Part shown: piece by piece, positions 51,201 through 64,000 of the stretch
Layout of the letters: the number at the start of each line of letters is the position of its first letter
Numbering within the stretch: the stretch's first letter is position 1
Source of the DNA: Hamiltosporidium tvaerminnensis FI-OER-3-3
Taxonomy: Eukaryota > Fungi > Microsporidia
Length of the DNA stretch: 64,000 nt
Assembly: GCA_022605425.2 (NCBI GenBank)
Contig: JAKIMF020000001.1
Span: 186,001 to 250,000, forward strand
Reading direction: 5' to 3'
Notes under the pieces: generated by a model
The model's database searches: none
Seen by the model: only the letters and a program-made list of their open reading frames with translations
What the model was told of the DNA's origin: nothing
Made by a program: the position numbers and the translations under genes

Positions 51201-54200
51201 ATGATACTAGTATCATAGAGGGTGTTACTAATCTATGTGATAACCAACAGGGTGTTAGTAATACTATGAATAAACAACACCCCTTTAGTAATACTACCAA
51301 TAAACAACACCCCTTTAGTAATACTACTAATACTTATCACCCCTTTAATAACAGTCATAGTGATAACACTGGTAGTATTAAATACCCTTTAACAGAAAAT
51401 ATATTTAACAAGGAAGATTTAAAGGAATTTACTGATATTCAATATACTTTCTATCTTTTAAAAGAAAGTATTTCTACTTTTAATATTCTTTGTAAGAAAA
51501 TAGAGAAATACATATCAATTAACACCTCTTATTCATATTTTGAAAATGAATTAGAGGGTGTTAATAACAGTAGTAATACTTTACACCCTATTAATCACAG
51601 TACATGATAAACAACACCCAGTTAATAACAGTACTACATATCAACCTGTTAATAATACTAGTAATAAACAAAACCCTGTTAATAACAGTGCTACATATCA
51701 CCCTGTTAACAACACTACTACATATCACCCTGTTAACAACACTACTACATATCACCCTATTAACAACAATACTACATATCACCCTGTTAACAACACTACT
51801 ACATATCACCCTGTTAACAACACTACTACATATCACCCTGTTAACAACACTACTACATATCACCCTGTTAACAACACTAATACTACCAATATAAATTTAC
51901 TGTTAGAAAAAGCATTTTTCATCTTAAAAAGACTTGTTTACTTAAAATGGAAATACCTTATAAATAACACCCTAATAGATACATTTATAGAAACTGTAAG
52001 AATTTTAGAAGAAAAATTTTATTTTTTAGATTTTCTTATAAAAAAGATGAATAAACACTTCATAAGAATATTTAACACACAAATTACTAAGAATACTCTT
52101 TCCTTCTCATTTAACCCTTTATATTATATAAAGTACTTTCCTTGTTATTATGATACTTCTATTGTTATAAGAAGTATAGAAATTTCTTTTATAAAAGCTT
52201 TATTTCAATATTTTAAAACTATAAAATATTCTTTAGTAAATAAGAGGTGTTATTTATTAAAGTCTGTACATAATATATGTTTAGATACGTTATTTATAGA
52301 ACCTTCTTTAGAAATGTGTTTTAATATTTATAGTGTTATATTTAAAGGGTCACTTCTTACAAAGATATATAATTATTACAGGGGTGTTAAGGGGAATGAT
52401 GGATTAGAGGGTGTTAATGATAAAGATGGATTTGAGGGTGTTAGTGATAGAGATGAGGGTTATAGGGGTGTTAATGCCATAGGAGGTAACATAATGGGTG
52501 TTAGTAATAATGTAGATAATTATCAGGGTGTTAGGGATAAAGATGGATTAGAGGGTGTTAATGAAAAGGATAGTTTAGAGGGTGTTAGTAACAATGTAGA
52601 TGAACAACAGGGTGTTAATGATAAAGATGGATTAGAGGGTGTTAATGACATAGGTAGTAACATAATGGGTGTTAGTAATAATGTAGATGAACAACAGGGT
52701 GTTAGGGATAAAGATGGATTTGAGTGTGTTAATGAAAAGGATAGTTTAGAGGGTGTTAGTAATAATGTAGATGAACAACAGGGTGTTAGTAATAATACTA
52801 ATAAACAACAGGGTGTTAATTACAATGTAGACGATTATAAGGATGTTAGTAATAACCTATATAAACAACACCCTCTTATTAATACTCTTATAGAAGAAAT
52901 TATAGAATTAGTTTTAATGGGTTATTTACAGTGTAAAGATAATATAGAATTCTTAAGAAATGAGGTGCTAGTTAACTATTCATACTTTATAGAAGTAGAA
53001 AGTCAAATGAATAAGATATTATTGAAAGATAAAAGTAATGATAACACCTTTACTACTAGTACTTATACTCCTTATATTAACACCCCGTTATCATCTAATA
53101 CTCATACCTTATATTCTAACACCCCTTTAGCTACTAGTACTTATACCCCTAATATTAACACCCCGTTATCTTCTAATACTCATACCTTATATTCTAACAC
53201 CCCTTTAGCTACTAATACTTATACTCCTTATATTAACACCCCGTTATCTTCTAATATCCCCTTACCTGATATCCTTCTTATATTCTTAAAGGGTGTTAAT
53301 GACTTAAGAATAATATTAGATTACCTCTCTTATATAAATAAGAGGTGTTATTTATATAATCTAATAAATAACAATGAAATACCTTTATTTACCTTTAAAA
53401 TACTAAATAATAAAATTAGTATTAAAGAGTGTTATAAGAATAAGAATATGTTTATAAATAGAAGTGTTAATACTTTTATTGTTATTTATAATACTTTAGA
53501 AAGTATTTTAAGAGAAATAACATATGAACCTTATAATTTATATGTTTTATATGACCTTTTAGAAATAGAAGACTTTATTTATAAGATAAGTGTTATAAAG
53601 GAAGTAAGTAGTGTTATAATAAAGGAAATAAAGAGTGGTGTTAGTGATAGTAGGGATATAGTAGAGGGTGTTAATGATAGAAGGGATATAGTAGAGGGTG
53701 TTAGGGATAAGGGTGTGTTAGAGGGTACTAAGGGTGTTAGTTATAAGGAGTATGAATTAAAGGGTGTTAGTAAAGGTACAGATAATTATAACCCCGTTAA
53801 TAATCTATCCAATACACAACACCCTGTTAATAATCTATCTATTAATAATAACATTCTTACTGATAATACACATGTGTTATTTATTAATAAGTATAATACT
53901 ATTAATACCCTTTTAATTACTATAAGTAATAGAATTAAAATGGAAAAGAAAAGATATTTTGATTTATTTTATAATAACAGTAGTAATGTAGATAATATTA
54001 ATGTAAATGATAACACCCCGTTATCTAACAGTAATGCTGATAACACCCCTTTATCTAACAGTAATGATGATAACACCCCTTTATCTAACAGTATTAACCC
54101 TAACACCCCTTTAACTAACTGTATTAACCCTGACACCCCTTTAACCAACAGTATTAACCCTAACACCCCTTTATCTAACTGTATTAACCCTGACACCCCT

Positions 54201-57200
54201 TTAACCACAATCACAACCAATAACACCCCTTTACCTAATACTTTACCTACTATCAATAACACTACTACCCTTTCCCTCCCTTATATTAATACTCTTACTT
54301 TTAATACTACTACCTCTTATAAGTCTATTATTAACACCTTATTTACTTATAATTATAATACTATAAATAACACCTATGAATTCCTTTATAAATTAAAGGA
54401 TAATTTATTAGTCTTAGAATACAAATACCTTATTATAAAGAAAGTAAGAAATTTTCTTAGATTAGAAGAATACCTGTTAATATATAGAAATATAGATTTT
54501 AATACTTTAAAATATTTTATTTATAATATTTATAGTTTTATTGTTAATATTAAGAATAAAGAGGAAGGTCTTAATGAATATGAAAATAATAGTTTAAGAC
54601 ATGTTAGTGTTAATTATATGAAAGGTATATGTAGTGATATGTATAAGGAAATAAAGGGTATGGGATTAGTATTAGATAGTGGGGAGGGTGTTAGTGATAA
54701 TAGGAAGGGTGTTAATAGTAGGGATAGGGATAGTAGAGAGGGTGTTAGTGATAATAGGAACGGTTTTAGTAGTAGGGATAGTAGAGAGGGTGTTGATCAT
54801 AGTAGTAGTAATTATAAGGGTTTTAGTAAGCATAGTAGTAATTTTAAGGGTGTTAATGACACTAGTAGTACTTATAAGGGTGTTAGTGAGAGTACATATA
54901 AACAACACCCTTTTAACAACACTAATATAGAACAACACCCTCTTAATAACACTACATATAAACAACACCCTTTTAACAACAACAATATAGAACAACACCC
55001 CTTTAACAACAACAATATAGAACAACACCCTTTTAACCCTAATCTATCTACTATTCTTAATAATATCTCTTTATCTTTAAGTTTTATTAATTTAAGACTA
55101 TTAACATACTTTAAAGTATTAGAATATTTAAATACTATAATTAACACTAATATAGGAATAAGATACTTTAATATGAATATGTCTTTAAAATGTTTTATTT
55201 CTATATTTAATGAAGAGGTAGTAAATAAAATAATAACGTACTATAAAGTAGAAAGTGATATTAATAGTTATAAAAGGGATGTTAATTTATATATAAGTAA
55301 TGTAGTGTTAGTAAGGGAAATAGGAATAGAAGGTGTTAGTAATAAGGTATGTGGATTAGAGGGTGTTAATGATAATAGAATGGAAGTAGGGGGTGTTAAT
55401 GGTACTAGAATGAATGTAGGGGGTGTTAATAATAATAGAATGGAAGTAGGGGGTGTTACTAATAGTAGTAATAATTATAGGGGTTTAAGTAATAGGGAAT
55501 GTGGATTAGAGGGTGTTACTAATAGTACTAATACATATAACCCTCTTAACAATAATACTACTTATAACCCTCTTACTAACACTACTATCTCTTATATAAA
55601 TAAGATATGTAATTTAAAGGAAATAGAAGAATATTTAGATGATTTGTATGTTAAAGGTGAAGGATTAGAAAAATATATTTTTAAGATAAAAAATGAATTA
55701 AAAGGTTTTAAAGAAGAGGTACTTTATAGTTATAACAAGGAAGGTGGGTATGAGGTAGGGGGTGTTAGTGAGAGTATAGGTGTAGGAGGGGGTGTTAATG
55801 AGAGTATAGATGATTATAAGGGTGTTAGTAGTAATACATATAGTTATAAGGGTGTTAATGGGAGTATAGATGATTATAAGGGTGTTAGTAATAATAGATA
55901 TAATTATAAGGGTGTTGTTAATGAGAGTATAGATGATTATAAGGGTGTTAGCAATGATACTAATGAACAACAGGGTTTTAATAAGAGTACTAATGAACAA
56001 CAAGGTGTTAACAATAACACATATGATTATCACCCTGTTAATACCAACATTAATAATTATCACCCTGTTAGCAACACTTATAATAATAGTCTTATTGATT
56101 CTCTTTTTGTTTCTCTTAGAAATACTCTTAACACCTTAGAATCTTACTTATATATCATAAGAGAATTAAAGGGTATTCAAAGTACTTTAATAGAACTTTA
56201 TAGTATTCTTAAGAATAACACCTTAGAGACAGAAAATATAAATAAAATAATAGAAGTGTATAATTTAATAGGTGTTAGTGATAGGAGTATATTAGAGGGT
56301 GTTAATAATAATATGTTAGAGGGTGTTGGTGACAGTAGTATATTAGAGAGTGTTAATAATAGGAATATGCTAGAGGGTGTTAACAACAGTAGTAAACAAC
56401 AGGGTGTTAATAATAGGAATATGCTAGAGGGTGTTAATAATAATAGTATGTTAGAGGGTGTTAATGACAGTAGTATGTTAGAGGGTGTTAATAACACTAG
56501 TAAACAACAGGGTGTTAACAACAGTAGTAAACAACAGGGTGTTAATAACAGTAGTAAACAACAGGGTTTTAATAACAGTACTTATGGTTATCACCCTGTT
56601 AATAACAATACATACAAACAACAGGGTGTTAATACCACACCCTCTTTTAATAACCCTAATACTCTTCCTTCTATTATTAACACCCTTTATTGGTGTAATG
56701 AATCTATTAAAAGGTTAAAACAAAGTATGTCTTGTTATTTACAAGAATGTAGAGAGAATTCACCTTTATTATGTTTTGTAAGTGATATTGATATATTAAG
56801 AGGTCTTAGTGATATATATAATATAATAGGTGTTATTATAAAGGTATATGAAATAGAGGGTGTTATATATAATGAATATGAAATAAAGGGGTGTTATTAT
56901 AAAGAAGAAAGGTTATACTTTATAACACCTATAAAGCTAAGGTATAATGGTAGTGTAGAGGGTGTTAGAGACAGTGGTGCGTTAGAGGGTGTTAAAGAAT
57001 TAAAGTGTGGTATAGAGTTGGAGGGTGTTAATGATAAGGACAATGATATAAAGGGTGTTAGTGAGGAGTATGATATACAACAGGGTGTTAGTAATCAGTA
57101 CTATATACAACAGGGTGTTAGTAATAGTAGTAGTAATATAAAGGGTGTTAGTGAGGAGTATGATATACAACAGGGTGTTAGTAATCAGTACTATATACAA

Positions 57201-60200
57201 CAGGGTGTTAGTAATAGTAGTAGTAATATAAAGGGTGTTAGTGAGGAGTATGATATACAACACGGTGTTAACAACAATACTAACACCCTTAACAATAATA
57301 CTACCTATGACCCTCTTAACAACAATACTAACACCCTTAAAAATAACCTTGTTAGAATTATAAATACCTTTAACTATGAAATAACAAGACTTCTTATTAA
57401 CATGTTTTATAACAAGAATAGAGACTTACATGTTATTGATGAATTAATAAGTGAATATAGTTATTTTAAAGGTGTTAATAGTAATTCTAAGAGAGAAATG
57501 ATAAATTATAAGATAAGTGTTATTAATAAGTATATAAAGGAGAAGAGGGGTGTTATTAACTTATACCCAAGGGTATATAAGGGTAGGTCAGAGAATATTG
57601 ATAAAGAGGGTGTTAGTGATAGGTTAGAGAGTATTGATAAGAGTAGTAATTATAAGGGTGTTAGTAATAAGGATAATATAATAGAGGAGGGTGTTAGGGA
57701 TAGTGGAAATATAATAGAGGGTGTTAGTAGTAAGAATGGTGATTATAAGGGTGTTAGTAATAAGGATAATATAATAGACGAGGGTGTTAGGGATAGTGGA
57801 AATATAATAGAGGGTGTTAGTGATAAGAATCGTGATTATAAGGGTGTTAGTAATAAGAATAATATAATAGAGGAGGGTGTTAGGGATAGTGGAAATATAA
57901 TAGAGGGTGTTAGTGATAAGAGTAGTAATTATAAGGGTGTTAGTAATAAGAATAATATAATAGACGAGGGTGTTAGGGATAGTGGAAATATAATAGAGGG
58001 TGTTAGTAATAAGAGTAGTAATTATAAGGGTGTTAGTAATAAGAATGGTGATTATAAGGGTGTTAACAACACTACTAATACTACACACCCCTTCACTAAC
58101 AACAATACTACACACCCCTTTACTAAATCCCTAACTACCACTGCTTATAACACCCTTTACTCCTTTGATACCCCCTATGGCTTTAATTACTACCCTCCAC
58201 CTTCCCTTATATTAACACCCCTTACTATAACAGTACTTTCTTATATATCGTTATCTCTATTACAATTACAGGGTGTTATTCTTTATGGACCTAGTGGTAC
58301 TGGTAAAACAGAAACTGTTAAATATTATTCTCGTTTAAAAGGTAAAAGACTTATAACCTTTTGTTGTAATAACACCTGTTCTTATGATACTCTTAATAAT
58401 ATATTTTATGGGTGTTATAAAACAAACTCTTATGTATGTTTTGATGAGTTTAATAGACTTACTAAAGAAGTAATGAGTACAGTAGAAGATTTAATATTGT
58501 ATTATAAGGGTGTTAAAGTATTTCTTACTATGAATTTAGGATATAAAGGTAGGTATGATTTACCTAGGACACTCAAAGGGGTATTAGGTATAATAAATGT
58601 AGAGGGTGTTAGTGATAGGGATATGGTAGGGGGTTTTAGTGATAGTGGTAATGTATTAAAGGGTGATAGTGATAGTAGTATGTTAGAGGGTGTTAGTGTT
58701 AATACTATGTTAGAGGGTGATAATAACAGTAGTATGTTAGAGGGTGTTAATGTAACGAACAACAGGGTGTTAGTCATATGAGTAATAATATAAAGGGTGT
58801 TAGTAATAATAATAACGAACAACAGGGTGTTAGTAATATAAGTACTAATATAAAGGGTGTTAGTAATAAGAATAACAAACAACAGGGTGTTAGTCATATG
58901 AGTAATAATATAAAGGGTGTTAGTAATAATAATAACAAACAACAGGGTGTTAGTCATATGAGTAATAATATAAAGGGTGTTAGTAATAATAACGAACAAC
59001 AGGGTGTTAGTCATATGAGTAATAATATAAAGGGTGTTAATGATAATAACGAACAACAGGGTGTTAGTCATATAAGTACTAATATAAAGGGTGTTAGTAA
59101 TAAGAATAACAAACAACAGGGTGTTAGTCATATGAGTAATAATATAAAGGGTGTTAATGATAATAACGAACAACAGGGTGTTAGTCATATAAGTACTAAT
59201 ATAAAGGGTGTTAGTAATAAGAATAACAAACAACAGGGTGTTAGTCATATGAGTAATAATATAAAGGGTGTTAGTAATAAGAATAACGAACAACAGGGTG
59301 TTAGTCATATGAGTAATAATATAAAGGGTGTTAGTAATAAGAATAACGAACAACAGGGTGTTAGTCATATGAGTAATAATATAAAGGGTGTTAGTAATAA
59401 GAATAACGAACAACAGGGTGTTAGTCATATGAGTAATAATATAAAGGGTGTTAGTAATAAGAATAACGAACAACAGGGTGTTAGTCATATGAGTAATAAT
59501 ATAAAGGGTGTTAATGATAATAACGAACAACAGGGTGTTAGTCATATGAGTAATAATATAAAGGGTGTTAGTAATAAGAATAACGAACAACAGGGTGTTA
59601 GTAATATGAGTAATAATATAAAGGGTGTTAGTAATAATAATAACGAACAACAGGGTGTTAGTCATATGAGTAATAATTATCACCCTCTTACTAACAACAC
59701 TAACCCTAATACCTATAACCCTCTTACTAACACTAACCCTATTAATAATAATCTATCCAATGGTTTTTATGAAATATCAATGTTCTATTTAAAAGATAAA
59801 AGGTTAGTAATAGCATTATTAGAGTTTTATAAGGTGTTAAGAAAGGAAATACCAAGTGATTTATTTATAGACTTAGGATTAAGAGGATTAACAACAATAC
59901 TAAGAGAAACAGTAGAAAGGATAAGTAAAGGTGAGTATGATTATAAGGGTTTAAAGGATAGTAGGGATATAATAAAGGGTATTAGTGATAGGGGTAGTGT
60001 ATTAGAGGGTAATAGTAGGGATATATTAGAGGGTGTTAATAATAGGGAGTATTATAAGGGTGTTAGTGATAGTGGTTGTGAATTAGAGGGTGTTAGTAAT
60101 AAGAGTAATGAACAAAGGGGTGTTAATAATAAGAGCAATGAACAAAGGTGTGTTAATAATAGGGATTATGATTATAAGGGTGTTAGTAATAAGAGTAATG

Positions 60201-63200
60201 AACAAAGGGGTGTTAATAATAGTAGTAATGAACAAAGGTGTGTTAATAATAGGGATTATGATTATAAGGGTGTTAGTGATAAAGATTGTAAACAAAGGGG
60301 TGTTCCTCTTATTATCAGTACTAATGAACAACACCCTCTTATTAACACTACTTATAAACAACGCTTTCTTAATAACACTACTAATGAACAACACCCTCTT
60401 ATTATCAGTACTAATGAACAACACCCTCTTAATAACACTACTTATAAACAACGCCCTCTTATTAACACTACTTATAAACAACACCCTCTTATTATCAGTA
60501 CTAATGAACAACACCCTCTTAATACTATAAACAACACTAACAATACTAACACTACTAACAACACCACTTATATTACCTCTTCCCTTGTTATTTCTATTGT
60601 TAATTTCTTTGTTCCTTTACTTAGAAATATATATATACCTTTACTTATAAATAACATACGTTATTTCTTTAATAAAGAAATAACAGTACCTTCATATAAA
60701 AATATGTTAATTAACAGTCTTAAAAGACGTAATGGTGTTATTTTACTAGGAAATACTTTAACAGGTAAAAGTAAACTTATAAGAGATTGTAGTGTTAGTA
60801 ATGTATATTATTATAACCCTATAACACTTAGTAATATATTTGGGTGTTATAAGGAAGGAGAATGGGAGGATAGTAATTTTATAAGGGATTTAAGGGGGGT
60901 TTTAGGAGGAGGAAGAGAGGGTGGTAGTGATAGGAGTGTGGTAAAGGGTGATAGTGTGATAGGAGGTGTTTGTAATAGGGATAATGTATTAGAGGGTGTT
61001 AGTGATAGAAGGGATATATTAGAGGGTGTTAGTGATAGAAGGGATATATTAGAGGGTGTTAGTGATAGGGGTAGTGTATTAGAGGGTGTTAGTAATAGGG
61101 ATAATCTATTAGAGGGTGTTAGTAATAGGGATAATCTATTAGAGGGTGTTAGTAATAGGGGTAGTAATATAAAGGGTGTTATTGATAAGGGTAGTAATAT
61201 AAAGGGTGTTAATAACAGTAGTAATATAAAGGGTGTTAGTGATAGTATAGATACTTATCACCCTGTTAGTAACACACCTAATCAAACCTGGTTTGTATTC
61301 GATGGCCCTGTTACTTCTGAGTGGATAGAAAACTTTAACAGTGTGTTAGATGATAGTAAAGTGTTATGTCTTAGTTCAGGTGAATCTATAAGAATAACAA
61401 GTAATTGTAAATTTATATTTGAATGTGATAGTATTAGTGATATAACACCTGCTACACTGACAAGGGTACAGGTGATAAGGATGGAGGGAGGTAGTAATAA
61501 GGGTGATAGTGATATGGATAGTGTGGTAGAGGGGGTTAGTGATGGGGATAATAAATATGAGGGTGTTAGTAATAAGGATAATAAATTAGAAGGTGTTAGT
61601 AATAAGGATAGTAGTTACAAGGGTGTTAACCTAAGTACCAGTAATCGAGAGGGTGTTAGTAATAAAGATAGTAGTTACAAGGGGGTTAACCTAAGTACTG
61701 GTAATCAAGAGGGTGTTAGTAATAAGGATAGTAGTTACAAGGGTGTTAACCTAAGTACCAGTAATCGAGAGGGTGTTAGTAATAAAGATAGTAGTTACAA
61801 GGGGGTTAACCTAAGTACTGGTAATCAAGAGGGTGTTAATACAAGTAATAGTAATCAACAGGGTGTTAATGATAAGGATAGTCATTATGACCCTATTACT
61901 TTAAATACTGGTAAACAACAGGGTGTTAACTCTCTATCTAACCCTAACCCTACTGACAATAACCTTATATCCAATACTTTATCCAATACTATATCCAATA
62001 CTTTATCCAATAGTATGAATAACCCTCTTATATCTAATAGTATGTCTTACTCCTTTAATCCTAACACTACACAACATACTCCTATAACTAACACCCTTTA
62101 TTCTTCTCCTTACTGTGTTAATACTTTACAGTTTAATTACTACTTTAACACCCTTAACTCTCTTATAAATAACACCCCTGTTATTATAGTAAAAGGTCCT
62201 TTAAGTACAGGTAAATCTACTTTAGTAAAGAGTATAATAACACCCTTTAATCATAAGTATTATAATTTAAGAAATAACACTGATATAGACTTTTATAAAG
62301 AATATAGAATAATAAAAGGTGTTAAAGTATATAAACCTGTTAATAGACTTATAATATGTATAGATGAATTTAATACCCCTGTTATCTCTAATAAGGTACA
62401 AGAGAGTGTTAGAGAGTATTTAGAGTATAGAAGTATAGGGGGTGTTATTATAGAGAATGTAGTTATAATATGTATATATAACACTAGTGAGGGGGGTTAT
62501 AGTAAAATGGAGGGTGTTGGTTATAGGGATATGTTAGAGGATGTTAGTAGGGATGTAGTAGAGGGTAACAGTTATAGGGATGTAATAGTGGGTGTTAGTT
62601 ATAGGGATATGTTAGAGGGTGTTAGTAGGGATGTAGTAGAGGGTGTTAGTTATAGGGATATGTTAGAGGGTGTTAGTTATAGGGATATGTTAGAGGGTGT
62701 TAGTAGGGATGTAGTAGAGGGTGTTAGTAATACTAGTAGTAATATAAAGGGTGTTAGTGATAAGTGTATTAGTATAGAGGGTGTTAGTTATAGTAGTAGT
62801 AATATAAAGGGTGTTAGTATTAAGGGTACCGATATAGAGGGTCTTAATATAAGTACTAATGAACACCCTCTTACTAACAGTACTAATGGTGTTATTGATA
62901 GACTCACTTCTAAAACCCCTTCTTTAATATTTCATCATCAAATAGACTTTAAGTATATAACAGGTGTTATTATAGAAAGAAGATTAAATAAGAATATAAG
63001 TAAAGAAATAAGAGGTTTTATTTATAATATAATTATTTTAAAAGGTAATTTATTAACACTTAATAGATTTATTGATAATTTAAGTATAGAAAGTGATATT
63101 AACAGGGAAATAGAGTTATTATTTAAAGGGTGTAGTATTAGTAATAAGGGTATGTTAGAGGGGGGTGTTAGTAATAAGGGTATGTTAGAGGGAGGTATTA

Positions 63201-64000
63201 GTAACAGTAGTATGTTAGAGGGTGTTAATTATAAGGGTAGTATGTTAGAGGGTGTTAGTAACAGTAGGGATATATTAGAAGGTGGTAATAAGGATATGTT
63301 AGAAGGTAGTAATAACGATATATTAGAAGGTAGTAGAGAGGGTGTTAATTATAAGAATAGTATTTATGAGGATATGAAGGGTGTTAGTACTAAGGATATA
63401 TTAAAGGGTGTTAAGGGGAAGGATGGATATGAGGGTGTTAGTGATAAAGATGGATTAGAGGGTGTTAACATAAGTACTGATACTTATCACCCTGTTAATA
63501 CTACTACTGATACTTATCACCCTGTTAATACTACTACTAATACTTATCACCCTGTTAATAACAATACAACTTATCACCCTGTTAATCATCTATATAATAC
63601 TCCTTATACTTATCACCCCTTTAACTATAATAACTATTCTCTTAAAGATAACATACTTTATTTATTAGCAAAGAAGAATGTTAGTATTATTTTAATAGGT
63701 AGTTATTTATCAGGTAAGACAACACTTATAAAAGAATGTTGTAATATTAAAGGTTATAATTTAAATATTATAGATAATAATTACAATAAATTAGAGGGTT
63801 ATAATAATAATAGGGTAGATATAGGTGAGGGTGAGGGTGTTAATGTAAAGAGTAGTGTATTAGAGGGTGTTAATGATAGAGGTAGTGGATTAGAGGGTGT
63901 TAGTGATAGAGGTAGTGTATTAGAGGGTGTTAATATAAAGAGTACTGTATTAGAGGGTGTTAATGATAGAGGTAGTAATATAGTTGGTGTTAATAACAGT
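48225..64000 (+). CDS. DYN1: Cytoplasmic dynein heavy chain, massively expanded by in-frame inserts; 3' end beyond the window; four apparent frameshifts
   Basis: AAA1 GPSGTGKTET (58287) and CFDEFNRL, FLTMNLGYKGRYDLP; DLGLRGL (~59870); AAA2 GVILLGNTLTGKS (~60734) and WFVFDGPVTSEWIENFNSVLDDSKVLCLSSGE (~61289); AAA3 GPLSTGKS (~62195) and ICIDEFN; AAA4 ILIGSYLSGKTTL (~63690). All motifs after 58754 are in one frame that appears open to the window end. Upstream ORFs 48225-49475, an open bridge ~49411-49812, 49757-51607 and 51558-58781 join by single-base shifts. Joining the N-terminal pieces is inferred. Confidence 0.9.
48654..48830 (+). repeat. In-frame 87 bp tandem duplication (CQNNKDVGKDVLNEVLKGINISTPNFIES), with degenerate copies to ~49060
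   Basis: The unit starts at 48654 and 48741. Confidence 0.92.
51690..51880 (+). repeat. In-frame 27 bp array (HPVNNTTTY, ~7 copies)
   Basis: CACCCTGTTAACAACACTACTACATAT repeated, with one 24 bp variant. Confidence 0.95.
58754..59680 (+). repeat. In-frame 60 bp (2x30) minisatellite, ~15 copies (NEQQGVSHMSNNIKGVSNKN)
   Basis: Lines 59281-59460 are identical 60-mers, with some 57 bp variants. Every 30 bp subunit contains GGGTGTTA. Confidence 0.97.

Noticed and set aside
58754-59680. Regularly spaced repeats resembling a CRISPR array
   Set aside because: Spacers are themselves repeated, the conserved word is only ~8 bp, the array is in frame in a eukaryotic gene, and there are no cas genes.
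58502-59683. 393 aa antisense ORF, and similar ORFs at 50196, 51591, 51604, 53969, 54672, 54679, 54872, 55698, 55933, 56198, 56485, 57000, 57624, 60083 and 60090
   Set aside because: Shadow frames of the repeat arrays within the dynein CDS; the peptides are pure repeat translations.
48225-64000. Inserts as spliceosomal introns or inteins
   Set aside because: No consistent GTAAGT...AG boundaries, branch points or intein termini; frame and stop avoidance indicate translation. Non-canonical removal is left open only as a test.

Overview
Very AT-rich, gene-sparse eukaryotic DNA, most consistent with a large-genome microsporidian. This is inferred from intron-less genes, CCC motifs just before start codons, and Merlin, piggyBac and R4/Dong-type relics; a Hamiltosporidium-like source is a guess. 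The first ~35 kb and 42.6-47.9 kb are mostly transposon and pseudogene debris: a Merlin relic with TIRs, a full-length but broken piggyBac with TTAA TSDs, several R4/Dong-like non-LTR fragments, an rve integrase relic, and dispersed repeats. These regions also hold a DHHC palmitoyltransferase and three paralogues (one intact, two decayed) of a lineage-specific secreted-protein family that share their own upstream motif. Three conserved genes carry in-frame low-complexity inserts: a Tel2-like protein, an SPX-EXS phosphate exporter, and a dynein heavy chain starting at 48225 and running off the window. The inserts are built largely on one DNA word, GGGTGTTA / TAACACCC. Most are polar, with a G-rich 5' half and a C-rich 3' half (like a head-to-head telomere fusion), recur every several hundred bp, and by eye make up over half of the dynein gene. 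This insert system is the most notable feature of the window.
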